Of a stretch of 64,000 nt of DNA, positions 62,018-64,000 are shown one piece after another. Location of the stretch: the NCBI GenBank assembly GCA_033762295.1, contig JANRLW010000038.1, forward strand, positions 1 to 64,000, read 5' to 3'. Source of the DNA: Capsulimonadales bacterium. Lineage in GTDB: Bacteria; Armatimonadota; Armatimonadia; Armatimonadales; Armatimonadaceae. Within the stretch, counting starts at the first letter, position 1. Each line of letters opens with the position of its first letter. A model generated the notes under the pieces. That model was not told where the DNA came from, did not search any database, and was given only the letters and a program-made list of their open reading frames with translations. Position numbers and translations under genes: made by a program.

Positions 62018-63054
62018 TTGGATACCGGCAGTAGATAAAGGGTGTTTTTGTAGACGTAACTGATGCCGCCGGCTCCCGGAGAAAACCGGACGTTATAGGG
62101 ACCGAAGGCCGGATCGTCCCGCCGGGAGGGCAAACAGCCGTAGGATTTCGTCTCACGGGTTCGTCGGTTGGTCACCCAGAACCCGGTGTAGTACTTCTTC
62201 GGCTTCCCCTTGTTCAATCCGAGGTTTTGGGAGACGGGATCGCGGAACTTGAGAACCCAGCCCATATACGTCTCCTCCGGTGAGAAGAAGACCTCGGCGC
62301 CATCGTTCTCATGGGGCGCCGGAAAACGCAGGAACGCCGATCCGGCCGGGCTGGCGGTCAAACCGGCGGCTCCGACACGAACGGTCCTGGTCGGTTCATC
62401 CGGACCGCGCCAGAGCTGGGCCAGGAACTGCCCGGAATCGGAAAAGATTGCCTGCGCGATATTCGTTCCGTCAAAGTCCGCGCCGACGGTCTGGGTTGGC
62501 TCCAGGAAGAAGGTCGCCGCGAGCGGCGAAAAATTCCCCTTGCGGTTGTTCGCGGTCCGATCAAAGCTATGCCCCCCGGCGAGTCGGCCGTCGTAGATGC
62601 CGAGTCCCATCCAGGTCCGGCTTCCGACCCTCCAGAACGGCAGGGTGGGCACGTCGTGCCGTACTTCCTGAAACTCGCCGCCGTCGATTCGACAGAGCAG
62701 CGACCGTTTTTTGTCCTGCGACGCCCAGACGAGAAACGCGCCGTCCGGACTGACCCGCAGAGTCGCCGGAAGTCCTGAGGTTCCGGCGAACCGTTCGGTC
62801 AGTTCGGGTAGGGGAGTTTCCTTGCCTTCGGCGATCCGGAAGCGGAAGAAACGCTCCGGTTTGCCCTCGCGAAGCAGGAGCAGTTCGTCGGCATTGAGCC
62901 ACCAGTAGTGCGGCCGGTTACCGGGAAGAGCGACCAGGGGTTGGGCACCCCGCACCTCCGGGACATCCGGACGGGATTGAAAACCGAGTACCAGCGATAT
63001 CGCCAGAACGGCGACCGCCAGACCGAGCAGAGCGTTACGCAGGGATTTGGACAT
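62014..63054 (-). CDS. Hypothetical exported protein (TolB-like propeller features)
   Basis: Signal/TM segment; VSPDG, FSPEE and FSPG turns. Confidence 0.7.
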   Translation of the reverse strand: MSKSLRNALLGLAVAVLAISLVLGFQSRPDVPEVRGAQPLVALPGNRPHYWWLNADELLLLREGKPERFFRFRIAEGKETPLPELTERFAGTSGLPATLRVSPDGAFLVWASQDKKRSLLCRIDGGEFQEVRHDVPTLPFWRVGSRTWMGLGIYDGRLAGGHSFDRTANNRKGNFSPLAATFFLEPTQTVGADFDGTNIAQAIFSDSGQFLAQLWRGPDEPTRTVRVGAAGLTASPAGSAFLRFPAPHENDGAEVFFSPEETYMGWVLKFRDPVSQNLGLNKGKPKKYYTGFWVTNRRTRETKSYGCLPSRRDDPAFGPYNVRFSPGAGGISYVYKNTLYLLPVSK

Positions 63055-63093
63055 AGGGAAACGACCGCCGAACGAAGCGCGGGAAGCGGCGTT

Positions 63094-63351
63094 TTACCGC
63101 ATTCCCGGAGGCCCCGGCGGCATGGGCGCCATCTGTCCCTGGCTCGCCGTTTTCTTCTGCATATCCTGCCAGGACTTCGTGTTGTAGGGAGCGACATCCG
63201 GATACCCCGGCGGCGGCGGCACCTTGACCACGGCATCCTGCTTCGGCCCGAAGAAGACCGCACTGATAACGAAAAACAGAACGGCCACCACCGCCAGGGC
63301 GCCCACACCGAGGATCACCTTGTTGGTCGTCGACATTTCGGAAAGATCCAT
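63094..63351 (-). CDS. Small single-TM partner protein, Pro-rich
   Basis: TM segment VILGVGALAVVAVLFFVISAVFF; GGAG upstream. Confidence 0.7.
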   Translation of the reverse strand: MDLSEMSTTNKVILGVGALAVVAVLFFVISAVFFGPKQDAVVKVPPPPGYPDVAPYNTKSWQDMQKKTASQGQMAPMPPGPPGMR

Positions 63352-63389
63352 GAAAGTACAACTCCGAGTTTCGATCACGGGGTCATGTA

Positions 63390-63435
63390 AACGGAGAAAA
63401 AGCGGACAGGGCGGAACGATTTCCACCCTGCCCGC
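63390..63435 (-). terminator. Intrinsic terminator directly after the DUF1559 gene
   Basis: Minus strand GCGGGCAGGGTGGAA..TTCCGCCCTGTCCGC followed by TTTTTCT. Confidence 0.75.
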
Positions 63436-63449
63436 GGTCCTCTATCGGA

Positions 63450-64000
63450 CTATTCCGAGGAGGCGGTCCACTGTCGCATCGTGGTCTTGCGGAAGTACTT
63501 CACGTGACCATCGGCGAAGGCGTAGTTCGCGCCGTCGCTGTGGCGGCGATAGACGCGGTCCTGGCAGTAGCCGGAGATGCCGAAGCAGTTGTTGCCGTCT
63601 TCGGTCGCCTGGCCCCAGGCGATATCGCCGTCGGACGCGGACTGGCGGGACTGCCAGATCGGGCGGTTGGCGGAGTAGCCCGCAGGCCACGGAGCCTGAG
63701 CGGGGTAGGCCTGGGCTTCCTGGGTTCGCGGCGGGGTGGCGCCGGCGTATTCCGCATTGTAGTACGGGCCGAGGCCGATCTGGCCTTCGGCGAGGATGAT
63801 GGAGTCGGCCGGATGACCGATGTTCGGGAACGGCATTCCCTTGTTGCAGCCGAAACCGTTGGACTGCGCGGAGGCAAGCTGTCCGCACTCGAAGCCGGCG
63901 CCCTGACCTTCGCGGATCAGCGGGTCGTTGTTCATGTAGGACTGGGTGATGCCGTAGGAGGTGGAGCCCCAGCCGGCGGACCCGGACAGGTCCTGGAACT
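63450..64000 (-). CDS. 3' part of a DUF1559-type H-X9-DG protein (copy 4); 5' end lies outside the window
   Basis: PADSIILAE and RRHSDGANYAFADGHVKY. Confidence 0.85.
   Translation of the reverse strand, partial: FQDLSGSAGWGSTSYGITQSYMNNDPLIREGQGAGFECGQLASAQSNGFGCNKGMPFPNIGHPADSIILAEGQIGLGPYYNAEYAGATPPRTQEAQAYPAQAPWPAGYSANRPIWQSRQSASDGDIAWGQATEDGNNCFGISGYCQDRVYRRHSDGANYAFADGHVKYFRKTTMRQWTASSE

Overview
GC-rich (roughly 65% by eye) bacterial chromosomal window with about 55 tightly packed genes. I see no tRNA/rRNA, CRISPR array, IS element or phage gene. The gene content points to Armatimonadota (inference): several DUF1559-type prepilin/H-X9-DG proteins with the '[28 protein letters not shown]' N-terminus, 'WPERSR' Ig-like lipoproteins and a PEP-CTERM protein. 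Housekeeping genes include ligA, gap, trmFO, family-4 UDG, HIT, phoD and apbE. Most interesting: (1) an orphan ParB-type CTPase with a non-canonical recognition helix and a Cys-rich C-terminal domain, followed by a coiled-coil protein, behind a perfect sigma-54 promoter and a ~250-nt structured leader (28.86-31.35 kb); (2) a tandem array of three 'promoter - DUF1559 pilin-like gene - tiny membrane partner' cassettes, two ending in clear terminators and two sharing an 18-bp promoter box, plus a fourth such gene heading a TPR/FG-GAP-ASPIC lipoprotein cluster; (3) head-to-head paralogous lipoproteins with a shared stalk and different heads (beta-propeller vs EPN C-type lectin); (4) a PEP-CTERM protein with Cys-Gln thioester-domain motifs; (5) repeated leaderless-mRNA promoter architecture. 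Family calls rest on motif recognition and recall; no database searches were run.
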